Shown here in pieces: positions 12,094 to 26,100 of a DNA stretch of 64,000 nt. Position numbers and translations under genes: made by a program. The notes below the pieces were generated by a model, which saw only the letters and a list, made by a program, of their open reading frames with translations, was not told the DNA's origin and searched no databases. The DNA comes from Microbotryum violaceum (taxonomy: Eukaryota), in contig CDLV01000007.1 of the NCBI GenBank assembly GCA_001244265.2, positions 496,001-560,000 of the forward strand. The letters run 5' to 3'. How positions within the stretch are numbered: position 1 is the stretch's first letter; each line of letters opens with the position of its first letter.

Positions 12094-13949
12094 TCAGAAT
12101 CCGAGCAAAGTTCGCTTGTAATAAGCCGCCGTGGCTGCGATGACCAATGTTGCCATTCCGAGCCTATGTTGAAAAAAACCGCGTCCAGAGGTCAGCTCCT
12201 ACACCATCCTCGTCCAAAGGAGGCGAAGAGAAACGTACCTCGCATCCTTGCCCAACCCACACAGCATGACGATGCACCACCAAAAGCCCACAAACCGATC
12301 CAACACCTTGCCGACCAACTTCTTTCTCCTCCACCCTTGATCGATCCGATAAGGACTCGTAAAAGGTAGCCTCAACCCCGAACTACCCTTGGGATGTCGA
12401 GGTAGAGCGAAGATCGCGGTGACCGGTTTGTGATCTGAACCGGTGAAGGACATGATCGAGGTGTAGAGTTCGACTTTGGCACCTTTGCGTTTGGCCGAAC
12501 GTTCGACGACCTCACCGGATTTCAAGATTTCGCGCTTGATGAATTCGCCCGCACCGGATTCGCCGTCGGACCAACACGAGAAGAGGATGCTGATCCGTAA
12601 AAGGGATCAGCGTGGATCAGACTCGGCCCTCGAGCAAACTTCTTCGTAGTGATTCCGACCAAACTCACCGATCGGTCCATCCCGGCACCCTCTTGGTGAA
12701 AGCCTTGTAGGTATCGACGGTGCCAACTTTGAACTTGTACGTCGGTTGGAACGTGATCTCCCCTTCCCTCAAGTGATGCAACGTACGACCCTTAGATTGT
12801 TCTTGACGCAATTGATCGTGCGTGAGCAGGGCAGGGAGGTCGTTGTGGATCTTGTGCGCGATCAATTGCTTGGAAAGGCTTTTGGGTGTCACGGTCGAGA
12901 TTCGATAGTTGAGATCCTGAGGGAAGGCAGCAACGTAGTCAATCAGAACCTAGATCGAACGTCCAAGATCGCTAGTGCTTGGTTGCGCTCACACCAAAGA
13001 AGAAGAGATAGGTCGTGTCGTAGATCTGGATCCCGTCCGTCGATTTGCTCTTGATGCGCGGGAAGACGCTGCGCTGCTGTTGGGTTCGGTAGTGCTGCGA
13101 GGGCCCATTGGGGGTGAAGATGAGGCGCTCCGCAATCGATTGGTAGTCCTCGTTACGTCGCTGCAGGCCCGAGTCGTGCGCCGCCAGATGCGAAGTCACT
13201 GTAGGATACTCCTCGCCTCAGCGCTGGATCATTGACCCTAGGGTATACTACTAAACGGGCCCTACCGAACGTAAAGACGTTGTTGCCCGTGTCCGACTCC
13301 CCGTCCTCGCTTGATTTGCTGTCCGAGCTCTCGTCACCTTCCGAGTTCAAAGTGATGCGAACGCCAACCCCGCCTTTGTTACCCATCCTCCTGAAAATAC
13401 CACATGCAGCCGTCGCAACCCGGACATCGACGACGTGGTTCGTCACGGTCGCATCCCGCGTAAACACGAGCAGAGCGATGCCGCCGAGGACTTGCTTCGC
13501 CATGAGCGTGTACGTCTCGCGCTCGCCGTTCGACGAGGTGTGTTGCTCGATCGCAGATTTAATTTGATGGTCGTGTTGATCCAACGCGGTGCGGGTCAAG
13601 CCTACCAAGGCGAGATGCTGCACACGTTACCAGGTCGCCGCGTGGGATCGAAAGGAGGATGTGGGGCAGAAGAGGAGAACGTTCAACGACACGATCAGCG
13701 CTAGCATAGGAGTGACAGGCGCAAGACACCGAATCGAACGGGATCACAGACCACAGTCCAACTCCAACTCACCAAAGGAATCATCTCTTGAAAGCCGACG
13801 GCAAAGAAGTCGGGTGCCTCGCCCTCGGCCGCGTTGCCTTCCTCCAACGTCGGCGCCAACCACGACGCCAACGAGTTGAGGTCTTTATGACCCTTGGCGA
13901 GGTGGCCGTTGTAGGTACAGCATTGGACGCGGTATTTGCTTGGAGCCAT
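12094..13949 (-). CDS. Inositol polyphosphate 5-phosphatase with C-terminal hydrophobic anchor (Inp54-like)
   Basis: AVGFQE, GNKGGVGVR, SHLAAH, FFFGDLNYR, FQPTYKF, PGWTDRIL and SDHKPV motifs; hydrophobic C-terminus. Confidence 0.92.
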
Positions 13950-14507
13950 TTTCAGTAGGGCTGCGACAGCGGCTCGCCTGTGTGTGCGGTACGAAGTAGG
14001 GGGCGTGAACTCTAAGCCCAAGCTGAGTCTGAGTCTGCAGCGCGGCTGATCACGGGGAGCTTGTGGTTGCCGGCGCCGGACTCGGCCATTCAGAGTCGCG
14101 GGTCACTTTCAGCGGCTCACCAGAAAGCTCATCGCCCGTGGTCTGCATAACGAGTCATCTTGCTAATGAGCACCCAAGGTTTTGAGGTGTACTTACGAAT
14201 TTTGTGTCGTGCGCTCATATTTAGCTTCGCAGCGATTATTTTCGGCAGGAGGGCGGGACGGCGGGTCCGTGCGCGCGAGGGGGCCGGGACTTGCCTGTTC
14301 CAGGCGTGCGCCCGCTGACGAGTGTTCGAGAACCGCTCTCGGCGATGGCTACTGAGACAACGAAATGTCCGTCTCGTCACACCTCGGAGAGCGGTGTGAC
14401 TCGGAGAGCCCACTCTCACCTGGTCATCACACTCCTCGCAAAGGCTCAGTCTACCACCATCCACTCGTCTCGTCAACCTCGCATCATTTGGACGTTCGAT
14501 GAGAGGC

Positions 14508-16579
14508 ATGTCACCACCACCCCTCCCTCCAAAGTCGATCGGCCTGCCCTCGCTCGGCAGGGCCCATCTGCGCAAACGCTCGTTGCAAGCATCCAACACA
14601 GCCGCCGAAGTCGAGAGTCTGATGGCTGGCCACGGCGCGAGCGATATCAATCTCCGCACTCCTCGGTCCGCCGATGACACTGTTGTCGAGTTCGGCGAGG
14701 ACGACCAACAAATCTACCTCCATCATGTGTCAGACAAGTACAAGCACGGTGACAAGGGTTTTGGCGACGAGGACGACTCGGCGGCCAAAAGTCCGAGGAA
14801 TCCGGGGCATCTCATGTGGCAGGACAAGCAAGTCGACAAGCGGCGTAAGAATGGAGCAAGGTGTCTGGGCATATTCTTTTTAATCATTAGCGCCTTTTTT
14901 GGATGGATCATCGGCATCGTGGCGCCGCCCCGATCACTAAAGCATGCCAATCAGCTGAGCAGCGGCCGCGGGAATGCTTTGAACGATGTCTTTGACCTCG
15001 TTTCGGGCCAAGAGCACTCTTATTCGGCGCCGTGAGTCGCTCACATGCCTCGGAGTGCCATTACGGACTCTCGCTAATTCATCATCCTTTTTTGTTGTTG
15101 TCTTCTTTCCAGCCCGAGCTGTAATCCCTACGACGAATACGGCATACTGAACGTTAGCACGAACGTCGCAGCCGAGAACGTCTGGCAGCCGATCGCACCG
15201 CGCGAATCGTGCCAACCCATCGACTACATGCTTCTGTTCAGGGAGGCCATTGAAAGTGGCGAGACCTCGGATGCTGTCTCGGATGATTTAGCTTTTGCGG
15301 TCAATCGGACCGTGGTCATCTATGGCGATTCAGTCGATCGAGAGTGAGTTCAATTGGCAACAGGCTGTAGTCTAGCGCTTTCTCGGAGTATATGAGGGGC
15401 TAAAGGCAAATCCTTCTCGCACGCGCAGTCACAACGTTCACTTTTGCTCGCTCGTCGGAGGCTACCTCGAAATGATCGGTGTCAACCACACACTGTCTCC
15501 TCCGTATCCCCCTGGTGATGAGATTCCCCCGGAAGGCTGTACGTTACCTGAGCAAGGTGTATTTGATAATCCCTACATTCTGACCGAGACACATGACATT
15601 CTACGCAGATAAAAATTATGCGACAGGTGCCCGCGAATGGCCTGAATTTGACCAGTCTCGACCGTACATCTGCCACGTCGGTCACCTTGGCCTGCGCATC
15701 CTCAGCGTTTTCCACTATGGCTTCCGCGGCCGAACCAAGATGATCGAAAGCCACCCCCATTTTTACCCGCCTGCCACAATCGAGGAGCGCTTCGACCAGA
15801 TTGTCGTTCCTCTCGTCCACAACTTGGCTGCGAAGCACAACGTTTCGGCGACGCCGGACCTCGTCTCCTTCACACCGGGGTACTGGGGCCTGTTGCGTCA
15901 GGCCGTTTCGGACGACAAGATGTTGCTCGAGGCGCTCAAGAACGGCACGGCCGCCGAAGAAGCGCAAGCAAAGTACGACGTGTGGCGAACAATGAGTCCT
16001 GACCAACGCGAGTGGAACCGAGAGCGGATGAACGCTGTCCTTCGTCACATTGGTCGAGGGTGGCTTGATACGGCCAAGAAAGCGTCGGACGGCGCTGCTC
16101 GCACGCCGAGGATTCTGTGGCGAGCCCTCCACCACATCAAGGAGCAACACAATCTACCATACAACCGTGTGCAAGCCGTCGACCAGATAGGGCGAAGCGT
16201 CGTCCAACAGCTCATCGCCGAGGGTCGCGCCGCCGTTGCGGGATCGCAAACCTGGACGAGTTGGATCGCGATGCTGAAAAACTCGATCAGCGGCACGGAG
16301 CCGGACATCATTGCTAGTGAAGAGATCAAGCTCGGATCGGAGGAGGAACAGAAGGAAGCTTTCAGGATGGGCTACGCCCATCGCCTCAAAATTGATGAGT
16401 GGGGGGCCTTGATGATTGGGCAAGAACGCTACTTCCGCGACAACGTCCACCCGCTGCCGCTGCCTGGATCGTACCTCTATGGCAACATGTTGATGCAACA
16501 GCTTAAAATGCTGGTTGAAGAAGAGGAATTGCCGGTGCCGATCCAGAAGCAAGTGGTCGCGCCGATCAGAGGGCCTTGA
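14508..16579 (+). CDS. Cap64/Cas3-like type II membrane protein, PC-esterase/SGNH-like fold (start may be 14499)
   Basis: Single N-terminal TM (CLGIFFLIISAFFGWIIGIV), NRTVVIYGDSVDR motif, C-terminal DNVHP (DxxH); three GT-AG introns. Confidence 0.7.
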
Positions 16580-17222
16580 GAAGCGTATTGGTGGAAGCAA
16601 GTGGGCTGGGGAAGGGCTCCGGGCTGAGCTCGGTCATTGTGTCACGTTTTCGATAGACTGCTTTCCTTGTTGTACTGGTTTCGAACCTTGTTCATTTTAT
16701 GAAATTGCTCACGCTGATGGAATGGAGTACGTGGGTATCACACCACCGCGTCCTGTGACCTGATCCGATCGTGGGCATTTTTGGCTGAGAAGCACGGACT
16801 CGTTTTGTGCGTCAGGAAACACTTGCGGACTCTAATAACTGGGTCTTGCTACCACATTCCGAATGCAATGAAAGCATCAACACCTCTGGTCTCAAGGGTG
16901 CGAGCTAAGTCAATAGCATGCTTTATTGGCACGCAGTGTAGGGCTGCAACATCACTCCTGGTGCCGCTCCCGGCCGCGATCCAATGCAGCCGCGACGACT
17001 CAGTGCTCGGCCGGGAGGAGTCACGTACCCAAGGCTCATGACCCCTGAGCCGATCGCGGCTGAAGCCAACTCACTCAGCCCCCAGTGGCCGGCATTCAAA
17101 CCTTTTCGAAGAGCAAGGGAGAGAGGGTCGAGAAATGAAATCATTTCCAACTGAAATTCAAGCCTCTGGTTTCCTTCATTGCCATGAGAGATCTCGCAGC
17201 GAGGTGGACCCGGCCGACTTCC

Positions 17223-18460
17223 CATTTGTTTCCTGACTTTTCCGGAACTTTTCCCAAAGATCAGATCGAAAAGCCGTCGTCCTCAAAAATTCCGGAAAGC
17301 GAATGCGGCTTCGATAAAAGGTGAAATCTCAGGAAACAATTGTTCGAGCTGAGCTTGTCGAACCCGTTTGACTCATCCACTCAAGACCTAATATTCCTGG
17401 GTTCTTGGGATAACCAAGCGACTCGTGAGGTATTGACCTAGCGTGAGACGACTTCCTACTTCACTCTCTGCTGGTTGAGCTACCGCGCCCACGGCATTGT
17501 ACCTATGTTTCATCTGACGTGCTGGCATCGGATCCGAGTTCAAGGCTTCCAACGAAGAAGCCAAGTAACTTGGAAACTACCTACCAATCTAAAGATTTAC
17601 TGAGTTGATGCATGGCCGGCGATTCCCACCGATTGGCGGCGGCATCGAAACGGGGCATGTACCGACGGTGCGCGGCCGCACGGAAGTCATTTTTAGGCGC
17701 CGAGCCCAAGCTCCAAGTGGCCTGCCGGGATCCTGGGACGCACTACTACTGTAGTCAGCAGCATCGCATTTCACGGGTCATTCCGTGTGAGTAGTGCCGG
17801 GTGACGAGCTCCCCCCCTTGCCCCTTGGGACCCGGGTGGCGACGTCGGCACTCGACATGGTCCCAGTGGCTGGTTTCCAGCGGTGAGCATGGTTATTATT
17901 CCTCTCTGCACGAAAGATCATGTCTAGATATTGCAAATGTCTCGAAACAGGTGGGCCCAAGTTGTCCGACAAGCTCAGCTCGAACATTTGTTTCCTGACT
18001 TTTCACCTTTTGTGCGTTCGACAGCTTTCCGGAGCTTTTGAGGACCACAGGGCCTTTCAATTTGGCCTTTTCAAAAGTCTGAAATTCCAAAAGTCAAACA
18101 ACGGCGGGGGCTCAGTGTAGTACACTCAGCGGGATCCACCCCGCTGCGAGACATGTCATGTCCATGAAGACGTCCAGCATGCCCGGGACGGAGTAAACTT
18201 GAGCAGATAACCCCATGACTTCTCTAAGCAATGTGCGTAAGCTGGGCGGGCCTGCGCGGCGGCCGCACGAGCGTTTTCTATGGGTCACGTGACGAAACCA
18301 CCCCTTTGCTATGTTTTCGAGAGCTTTTGAGGACACCGACGACGTTTCTGAAGTTGGAAAGCCAGGAAACCGAAGGACAAGGTTGCCAAAAAGGGTCTCT
18401 GGACCGGTCATGGCATGGGACCGTGAGTTTTGTCGTCGGCTCAACCAGGAAACACTTTGC
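17223..18460. mobile_element. Non-autonomous DNA-transposon-like remnant(s) with long inverted repeats
   Basis: Arms 17279-17360 and 17967-18045 are reverse complements (42/45 identical in the core). A 20-bp direct repeat lies at 17223-17242 and 17985-18004. Recurrent CAGGAAAC motif; no credible ORF. Confidence 0.65.
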
Positions 18461-18798
18461 GCAGGTTGCCAAATCAGATCCGAAATCCACTATACGACCA
18501 CATCTGCGTAGTAATGTATCAGAATCAGACCTGAAGATGATAAAACTATGCTGGATGGCACTCGGGATCGTTGAAATGCTTGTAGCCCTTGTGAAGAGTC
18601 CAATGAAGGCCACAAGTCACGTGACCCTGCTTGCGGCCGCTGCCGCCCTCCGTGACCGCGTGGGTCGACCCGCCTGGCCTCGCCTGGCTGCTCCGGCTCA
18701 TCTCTCCGGCCGAACTCATGCTCCCACTGTACGCTCGCCTGCACCCTGCAACCCGCTGTGCTCTCGACCTGGTCGTACCTGGGCACCCGCTGGACTAG

Positions 18799-21700
18799 AT
18801 GGACACTCCAGCTCGACCTGAAGACACGGATGGCGGAGCCTCGCCCGTTGCAGCCGATGTAGTGCCGCAGGACAAGCCAGCTTCGGCAGATGTCGAGTCG
18901 ACGACGGCAGTTGAGAATCTCCATTACGAACACGACTGTGACCGTGACCACGACCCCTTTGTGGACCCGGAGCACGAGGACGTGTCGGTGCTCGACAACT
19001 GCTGGGGCGATTCCTCCACGCCTCAGCCGACATCGTCCTACATTCCCGCGGGCTCGTTCGACGACGTCGCACCGCCGGTACCGACCTTGGACGCGTCGAC
19101 CTCGACCGCTCAGACGACAACGACAACGACCACGGACGAGCTCGACCCTCCGAGCTCCCACACGAGCCTTACCAATGGCGACGATCCAGATTCCGACCCA
19201 GTCGAAAGCTCAGATCTACCAGCATCAGCGTCACCGGCCCCATCGGCCTCACTTGCCCCCCTCATTACCCCTGAAGAAGCTGCAGCTCAAGTCGTCGCGT
19301 CGCGCGAGCAGGAACAATTCGAGGCAGCACCCGTCGCAGCTCTCGAGGTGCAGATAAGGGGTGATGGTGATGACGACGACGAAATTCAGATCGAGGACAG
19401 CGCACCGTCTTCTCTCGTGTCCCACCCCTCCATCACGACACCTCGACCGTCCCGAACGATGGTCGCTCCCTTCGGCTTCGAGCTCGAGCTCCACCACGGC
19501 ACTGTCGGCAGTTCGCCCGACCCGCTCGGCATGACCCCCGTCGCTTCGTCTGAGATCGCTTCTCGGCAACCGAGTCGACACAGGTCACAGTCCTACATTT
19601 CAAGGCTCGGCCGCGCCGACTCGGAACCTTTGGATTGGTCGTCAGCCTCGGCCCAAGCCACTCCGACCGCGGAGCTGTCCCCGGTCACGACCTGGCCGCA
19701 CAGTTTTACCCTCGAGGTCGAGAACCGACCGATGAAACGACCGACACCGCCGTGCCATCCATCGACGAGTCAGGAAGAAAGATTTTGCAGAGGTAATTCT
19801 ATTCTGGCCGAAGTGCCTTCCTCGTCCCACGGGGACGACTCCGAATCCGACGATGAGCTGGGCCTTGTCCCACCTCCGAGGCAGGCGAGCAGTCTAGCAA
19901 GTCGTAAGGGCAAGGGCGTAGCAAACCCGAAACCGAAACTCAGTGCGAAGGGAAAGGGGAAGGCTGTTGTCAAAGCTAGAGCGGGTACCGCGTCGCAATC
20001 AGCGCAAACATCCGTAAGGAGGAAATCGTCATTCAGCATCGAGGTCCCGTTCCATCCGAGCCCCTCTCTCGCGACCCCTCGGAGTCGAGACGCACCCCAT
20101 GCCGATATTTCAGTCACCGCCCCATCATCCACTCAGGGAACTGAGGTATCGCTGGAAGCTGCTTCTTTTCCTTCAGCGCCTGCTTCCCCACTACCACCGG
20201 CGAACAACCTATCAGCGGACATCGGCTCACCACCAGTCACTCCATCTTCTGATTTGACTGTTTTGCCAAGCTCAAGACTGGGCACTCCTGAACCACCAGT
20301 CTCGAGTGAGGTCGCGCCGATGGAAGTGGACGAAGTTGATCAGCTTCGAGCGCCTTCGCCATCCGCAATGGAGTCTGAAGCTGCGTTACAGTCCCAGAAC
20401 GAAGCGGCGGGCACGATCGTCTCGCCGAGCTCATCCATGCCGGCGCTCGTCTCAGCCCCAGCCCCTACCGCTCCTAAAACCACCACACCGCCACCTTCAC
20501 CGCCAAAGAAACGTGTTCCGCGCGCCTTGATCGAGCGAAAAGCCTCTATGCAGAGCTTGGCAACCGGCTCGACTTCGAAGAAGCGACTGGAGGATAGTGA
20601 CTCTTCGGACGAAGACATGCGTCCGCCACCGACGAGCTCAACCACCTTCTCCAAGACGAAACGGGTTCCCCGCCCCAAGCTCTCCCAGTCGCAAACGGGA
20701 TCCGTGAAAGGGAGAGAGTCGTCAAGGGTGGACATACCGGCCAAACGAAGAGCACCCCCCCTGGCCCAGAGGAAGCCCGTGCAGCGTGCGTCGAGCTCTG
20801 ACGGTGACGAGGAAGGGAAGGAGAACGGTCAGCATGACGATGAGTCGAGTGATCTCAGCGATCTCAGCGAGTATGCCGAAAGTCCTCGCAAGCAACCTGT
20901 GAACAAGAAGCGGCGGAGCGATGCAAAGCCGCCTGGAACAACCACAATAGCCGGGCAAAAACATGGTAGCATTACCAGTGGCCGAGCAGGAACGCAGAGC
21001 AAGATCGCTACCACGTCGGGGACGCAGCAAAAGTCCAAGAAGGAACGTAGTGCCGAGGACGAGGACGAGTCGATAAAAGGTGAGTCCAGCAGGTGCTCAA
21101 TTCCTCCTATCGAAGTATTCGGCTGATCATGATACCCTGCTTCCCTACAGACGCCGACTCCCCAGCGACCACTCAATCGCCGATGCCATCACAGAGCCAG
21201 CCTGCCTCGACTAATCCTCTCGGATACGTGCTTGCTCAAATCGCGCCGCGGGAGACCGAGGACCAGCGCCGAAGCAATTGGAACGTGCTGCGGCTTGACA
21301 ACCTTGTCTGGACCCTCGTCGAAGCCGACAATGGTGCCAGATTTTGGTGGCCTGCCGATGTAAGCCACCCGTCAGGAGGGAGTTACGTGGCCCCCAAGGC
21401 AGACTGACCGTCAAACATGTTCTTATACAGATGACGAGCCCTTCGAAGAAACCTCCACTATTGTTGACGTTGTTGCAGGACGACGAGCAGACCATTTTGC
21501 AGCTTAAACCGACCGGGACGATTACGATCGACGATCCGCAGCCTACGAACATTCTGACTTGGCGCACGGAAGGCAAAATTCGATTCGACAAGACGTCTTT
21601 CTGCGAGCCATCGACAATCGAGGATGCCAAAACGCCGTCGGTGACCGCGTTCGAATCGGTATTGATGAAAGCTTGGGAGCTCGAGCAGAGACGAGCCGAG

Positions 21701-23021
21701 GACGAAGCTGCCGACGAAGATCAAGATGAGTCAGAGGAAGCCACAGCAAAGGCGAAATCTCCCCCGGGCGCGAAAGCAAGCAAGAAAGGACGCCAGAGCG
21801 TATCTTCGTCGCCGCGCAAGGGCACGCCGAAACGGAAGAAGAATGGGAAGAAAGCAGCCAGTAAGGACTTGGACGACGAGAACGGGAGCAGTGATGACGA
21901 GTTATTGCGAGCCGAGGACGAATCTGTTGGGTGAGTGTGCTTGTTCTGGCACCTCGTGTCCGAGGGATTGGCTGATTCATTGACCCCTACTTCACCGAAC
22001 AGAATCGACTTTCCGGCCATTGCGCTGGGTTTCGCTGACCGAGCGTGGTGGGGATGTCAAGTATTGGACTACACTCCTGCGCCTTCGCAAGGCCGTCAAG
22101 GGCATCGAGCGAAGGGCAAGTTTTCGGTCGAGTTCATCGACGGCAAGTTTAAGAACTTGACGCGCAAGCAAATCATACTGCCGATTCAGGAAGAGTTCCT
22201 GACGGTCAAGGTCAGTGCATCGCTGACATCTCACTCGACACCGCAGCGCTGATCCTGATCACTTGGTCCCGCAGCTCGGCCAATCCGTGCTTAACGTGAG
22301 CAAAAACTATGAGCAGGAGCTGCGGCAGAACGTCGATGGGTTCAAGGACCAGATGCAAGCCATCATTGACGAGGAATTTCCTCAAGCTAAGCACTGGAAT
22401 GAGGAATATCATGGTGAGTCTGATGTTTTCGTTTCGTCTCGGATCCGCCGCTGATCCGCCGTGACCGGTCTTCAGCTGGCGGCAATCGACGAATCCGACT
22501 TGCAAAAGATGCATTGCTCGGTGAACTCACACCCGAGCACATTGAGGCGGTTGTCGATCAGATCAAGCGATGGGCAGCTGGCGAGGTGAGACGACACACC
22601 AGTCGGATCGCGCTCCAGTAGCTGATGGCCCCGTTGGATCAACGTTTCTCAGAATAACGTCCGGCGCAAAGGCTCCGATCGTTACGAGGCCCTCAATGAG
22701 ACAGATCGATCTCGGTACAACGCCGATGTGCTCTTACCTCTCGTGGTCCAACTACTCACAATCGACGAGCTTGATAGTCGGGACGAAGGAAAGAAGGTTT
22801 TGATGGAAGAGGATGGGGTCGCTGAGCCGACCGAGGCTCAAATCGAAGACAAGGCTTTCCAATTGGCTCGGAATCATTTGGAAAAAGGGTCCATCATGAA
22901 AACGAGTGCGTAGGGATCGAGGCGGATGTGGGGCGTGACCTGTCGCGCAATGTACTAATATAGTCTCCTTTGCCGGCGTCTTCTCGCAGTCGAGGCAATT
23001 CGAAGTATGGGCCGTCGATGA
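18799..23021 (+). CDS. Large low-complexity protein with PWWP/Tudor-like modules (multi-exon; 3' end approximate)
   Basis: About 760-aa disordered first exon, then spliced LVWTLVEADNGARFWWPAD and RAWWGCQVLDY...KFSVEFIDG; GT-AG introns link the ORF fragments. Confidence 0.7.
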
Positions 23022-23140
23022 GAAGATGCGACGTTCGTATTGTGTAGCGGTAGCATACAAAATGCGATGTCGCATTGCACAAAAGATAATTATATTGCTG
23101 CATCTGTTCTTGACTGAATGGGCCAAGAGGGGGTCCGAGA

Positions 23141-26100
23141 TCAAACCGGATTGGGAGTCTCTTCATCACTACTATCGTCACGTCCAGTGCTCTCACTATC
23201 TACAGGTTCGTCTGTAAAAAGAGCCTCAAATGATGCGGTTGAAGTCGCACCGCCAATAATACCGAAGAGACTCTGGAATGTCGCTCCGAGGAGATCGAGT
23301 TGTGCAATTACGTCCTGTATTAAAGCACCGTGGTCCGTCGTCAGTGACCGTTGTCATGAAGGAGTCAGAAGTCTGTGACAGGACTCACTTTCATCGTCAA
23401 AGCGTACCCAAGATAAAGTAAACCCTCACTACCGCCTCGCACCAATCTCCTCTTGACCACCGGTAGAGTTCTTAACCTCTTTACCAATTGTTCACGAGCC
23501 TCCTTCGCTGGAGGGAGAAAAGGCGGCATCGGCGTCTTGAGTGTTGATGCTGAGGCCAAAAGCGAGAAGTATAAAAGGACGTTGCCGACCATCTCGCGAC
23601 GTTCGGGGTTGGCGGGGATGACGAAGTCGCGACGGACGGTCGTGAACCATGCTTCACGATTCGTCACTTGTTGGATCGAGGTCAACAGGTCTAATATCGT
23701 TTGACACGAAGAGAGGATCGTTTGGTAGGGAGCGATAGGGAACGGACCCTTGAGTCGAGGTTCATGGGATGTCGCCGAGAGCAGTCCTTGAAGCTGTGAG
23801 TGCTCGCCGGCACGTCAGCTCTTTGCCCCTTTCGATCGGACTGTCGAAGGGCACCGCAACTCACCTTGATGAGCGAGAGTTGCAAGTGAACTTCCATGGC
23901 AACAAACTCATCCTCGTTCACTTCCAATTGCTCTTGAGCGTCGGTGGAGATGAGCGAGGTTCTCTCGTCGACGGTCCCATCCGATATCGGGTGTAAATGG
24001 GAGTGATTGGCCCGAGCAGTCAGAGCAGGGGGTGGTACAGAGTACGTGCGGACAATTCGCTCGTACAGATAGGCTGAGTTCAAGAAGAAACTGCGAGGCG
24101 CTCGACAGTCTCATCAGCCTCCCGGAAACAGGAGGGGAAAATCGAGACACTCACTCTGAAAGGCCTTTGCGCAGTTCGCGTCGAGCCTCGAATCTGAATC
24201 TCGTTGTTGATTTAGCCCCTTACATTCAATCGAACCAGGAACGAAAGACTCACGGCCAAATATAAGTATTGACGATCAATGCGTACACGACACCGACCGA
24301 GACCGCTACGGTCCGATGGAACGCGATGGAAGCGGGATGAGTGTCGGCTTCCCGCAGGTTGAAGGCGTAAAGACAGGTCAAGTTGAAGGTGAGTAGGACA
24401 AAGCGACTTGAGGGTCCGAATTGTGGCTGTGAATCCGAGAAGGCTTTATTGTAGTTCGATAGCTAGATTATTTAAGGGGGTACACTGACCCGAGTGACGA
24501 TGACGTAAAAGCATGGGACCGAGACCAATGCTCCGAGCAATGGCAACGCGATGGGATTCTCAGGGAAGCTGATGTAGCACAACACCGCGAGGACACCACC
24601 CGCGAGCGTACCCAGCACCCGACCGAATGCGAGAAAATTTGTTCCGCCCACCACAGGGGCCATGATGACCATGTACGAGATGAGCGCCCACTCGCCACGC
24701 CACCTGATCCATACGGGCCGAAGCTGGGGGACAAACGCTGCGGATGCCAACAAGGCGGCACCAGCCCCAGTCTTGATGGCGAATTTCACAGAAGGCTGGC
24801 GCAAACGATAGCCGATAATCCAAAGATGTTGTTTGAATGCGCCAAAACGAGTGAGTTGCGACGATGGGAACTGGTGAGACGATAATGCTCCATCCACAAT
24901 GACGGGGAACGGACCGTTGCCAGGGTCGGAGGGGAGAGTCGCGAGCCAAGAATCTGGGAGTGGCTTGACAGCTTCATTCAGTCGGACATCAACGCAAACC
25001 GAAAGCGGCGTTACCACTCACACCAACGTCTACTTCGACTCGATGTGCTCTCCGCAACTTCTGAGCGCCTCCCTCTTCTGCTTGGTCGGGACCGGGTGCT
25101 CGTCTCGACCTTGCTGAGGAACGCTGCAACACCAGCGAGGGGACCCCATCGTCTCCGCCTGTCGATGGCCTTGCGTTCAACTATTTCTTCGGTGGTGCGA
25201 ATTTCGACGAAGACCTCAATCAGTTGCGAGAGCTCTTTGGCCCACTCTTCGACGTTGAAACAGCTGCGCTCCCAAAGCAAAGGACCAATATGGATCAGCT
25301 GCTGCCCCTTTTCCTGCAAGAGCTCGTGGCAGGAAGGTTTCCTACTAATGGTACACCCTGAACAGACTCTCGTTCGGCCCTTCTTCCCCGTCGTTCTCTG
25401 GTTCTCCGAGACTTTCTCGAGTAAAAGGCGTCTCCTCATCCTGCTGCTTCTGTAGCTCCCCTGGACCATATATCGTCTGCGCCGGCAACGACCGGTATAA
25501 GATCTTGATCGCCCTTGAATGCTCGCGCTTGAACAAAACGAGTGATGAGTCAAGTTCTTGCTTAAGCGCGAGCAAGTCATCGGCGGATAGGAGGTGGGCA
25601 CCGGTCTCGGGATCATCGGATCGGATCGCCTTCCTTGTAGCGGAGCCAGCTTTCGTTTGGACGAAGGAGGTGCGAAGAAGTGAGAGGGCCGAACAGCTCA
25701 AGGACTGTGACCACGGAAGCAATGATGTGTTAGTATCATATATGGCCCTTGGTAGACTCAGCGAAACTTACCGACAACGTTTCCAAGCTCGGCCTAACGC
25801 GCTCCTTGAATTTCTCAAACACGACCAATTCCTCCATCAACCCTTTCGCTTCCTCCGTCTTGGGAATACTTGCCTCCGGCGCATCCTTCCCAAACACAAG
25901 GATTCCATCGGCTCTCGCTTTGATCAGATCGTACTGCAGGGTACACCCCGCCCGCATCCCTGTCAAGCCTTGCGCGAGTCGAGTCATGATCCTCACGACC
26001 TCGTCGTACGAGGCTGTCGTAGCTGACATGCGAGCATCGAATGTCTCAAATTTGGCTTGGGCGACCGAGGACTTCAATGTCGTGAAGGACGCTTGGTGTT

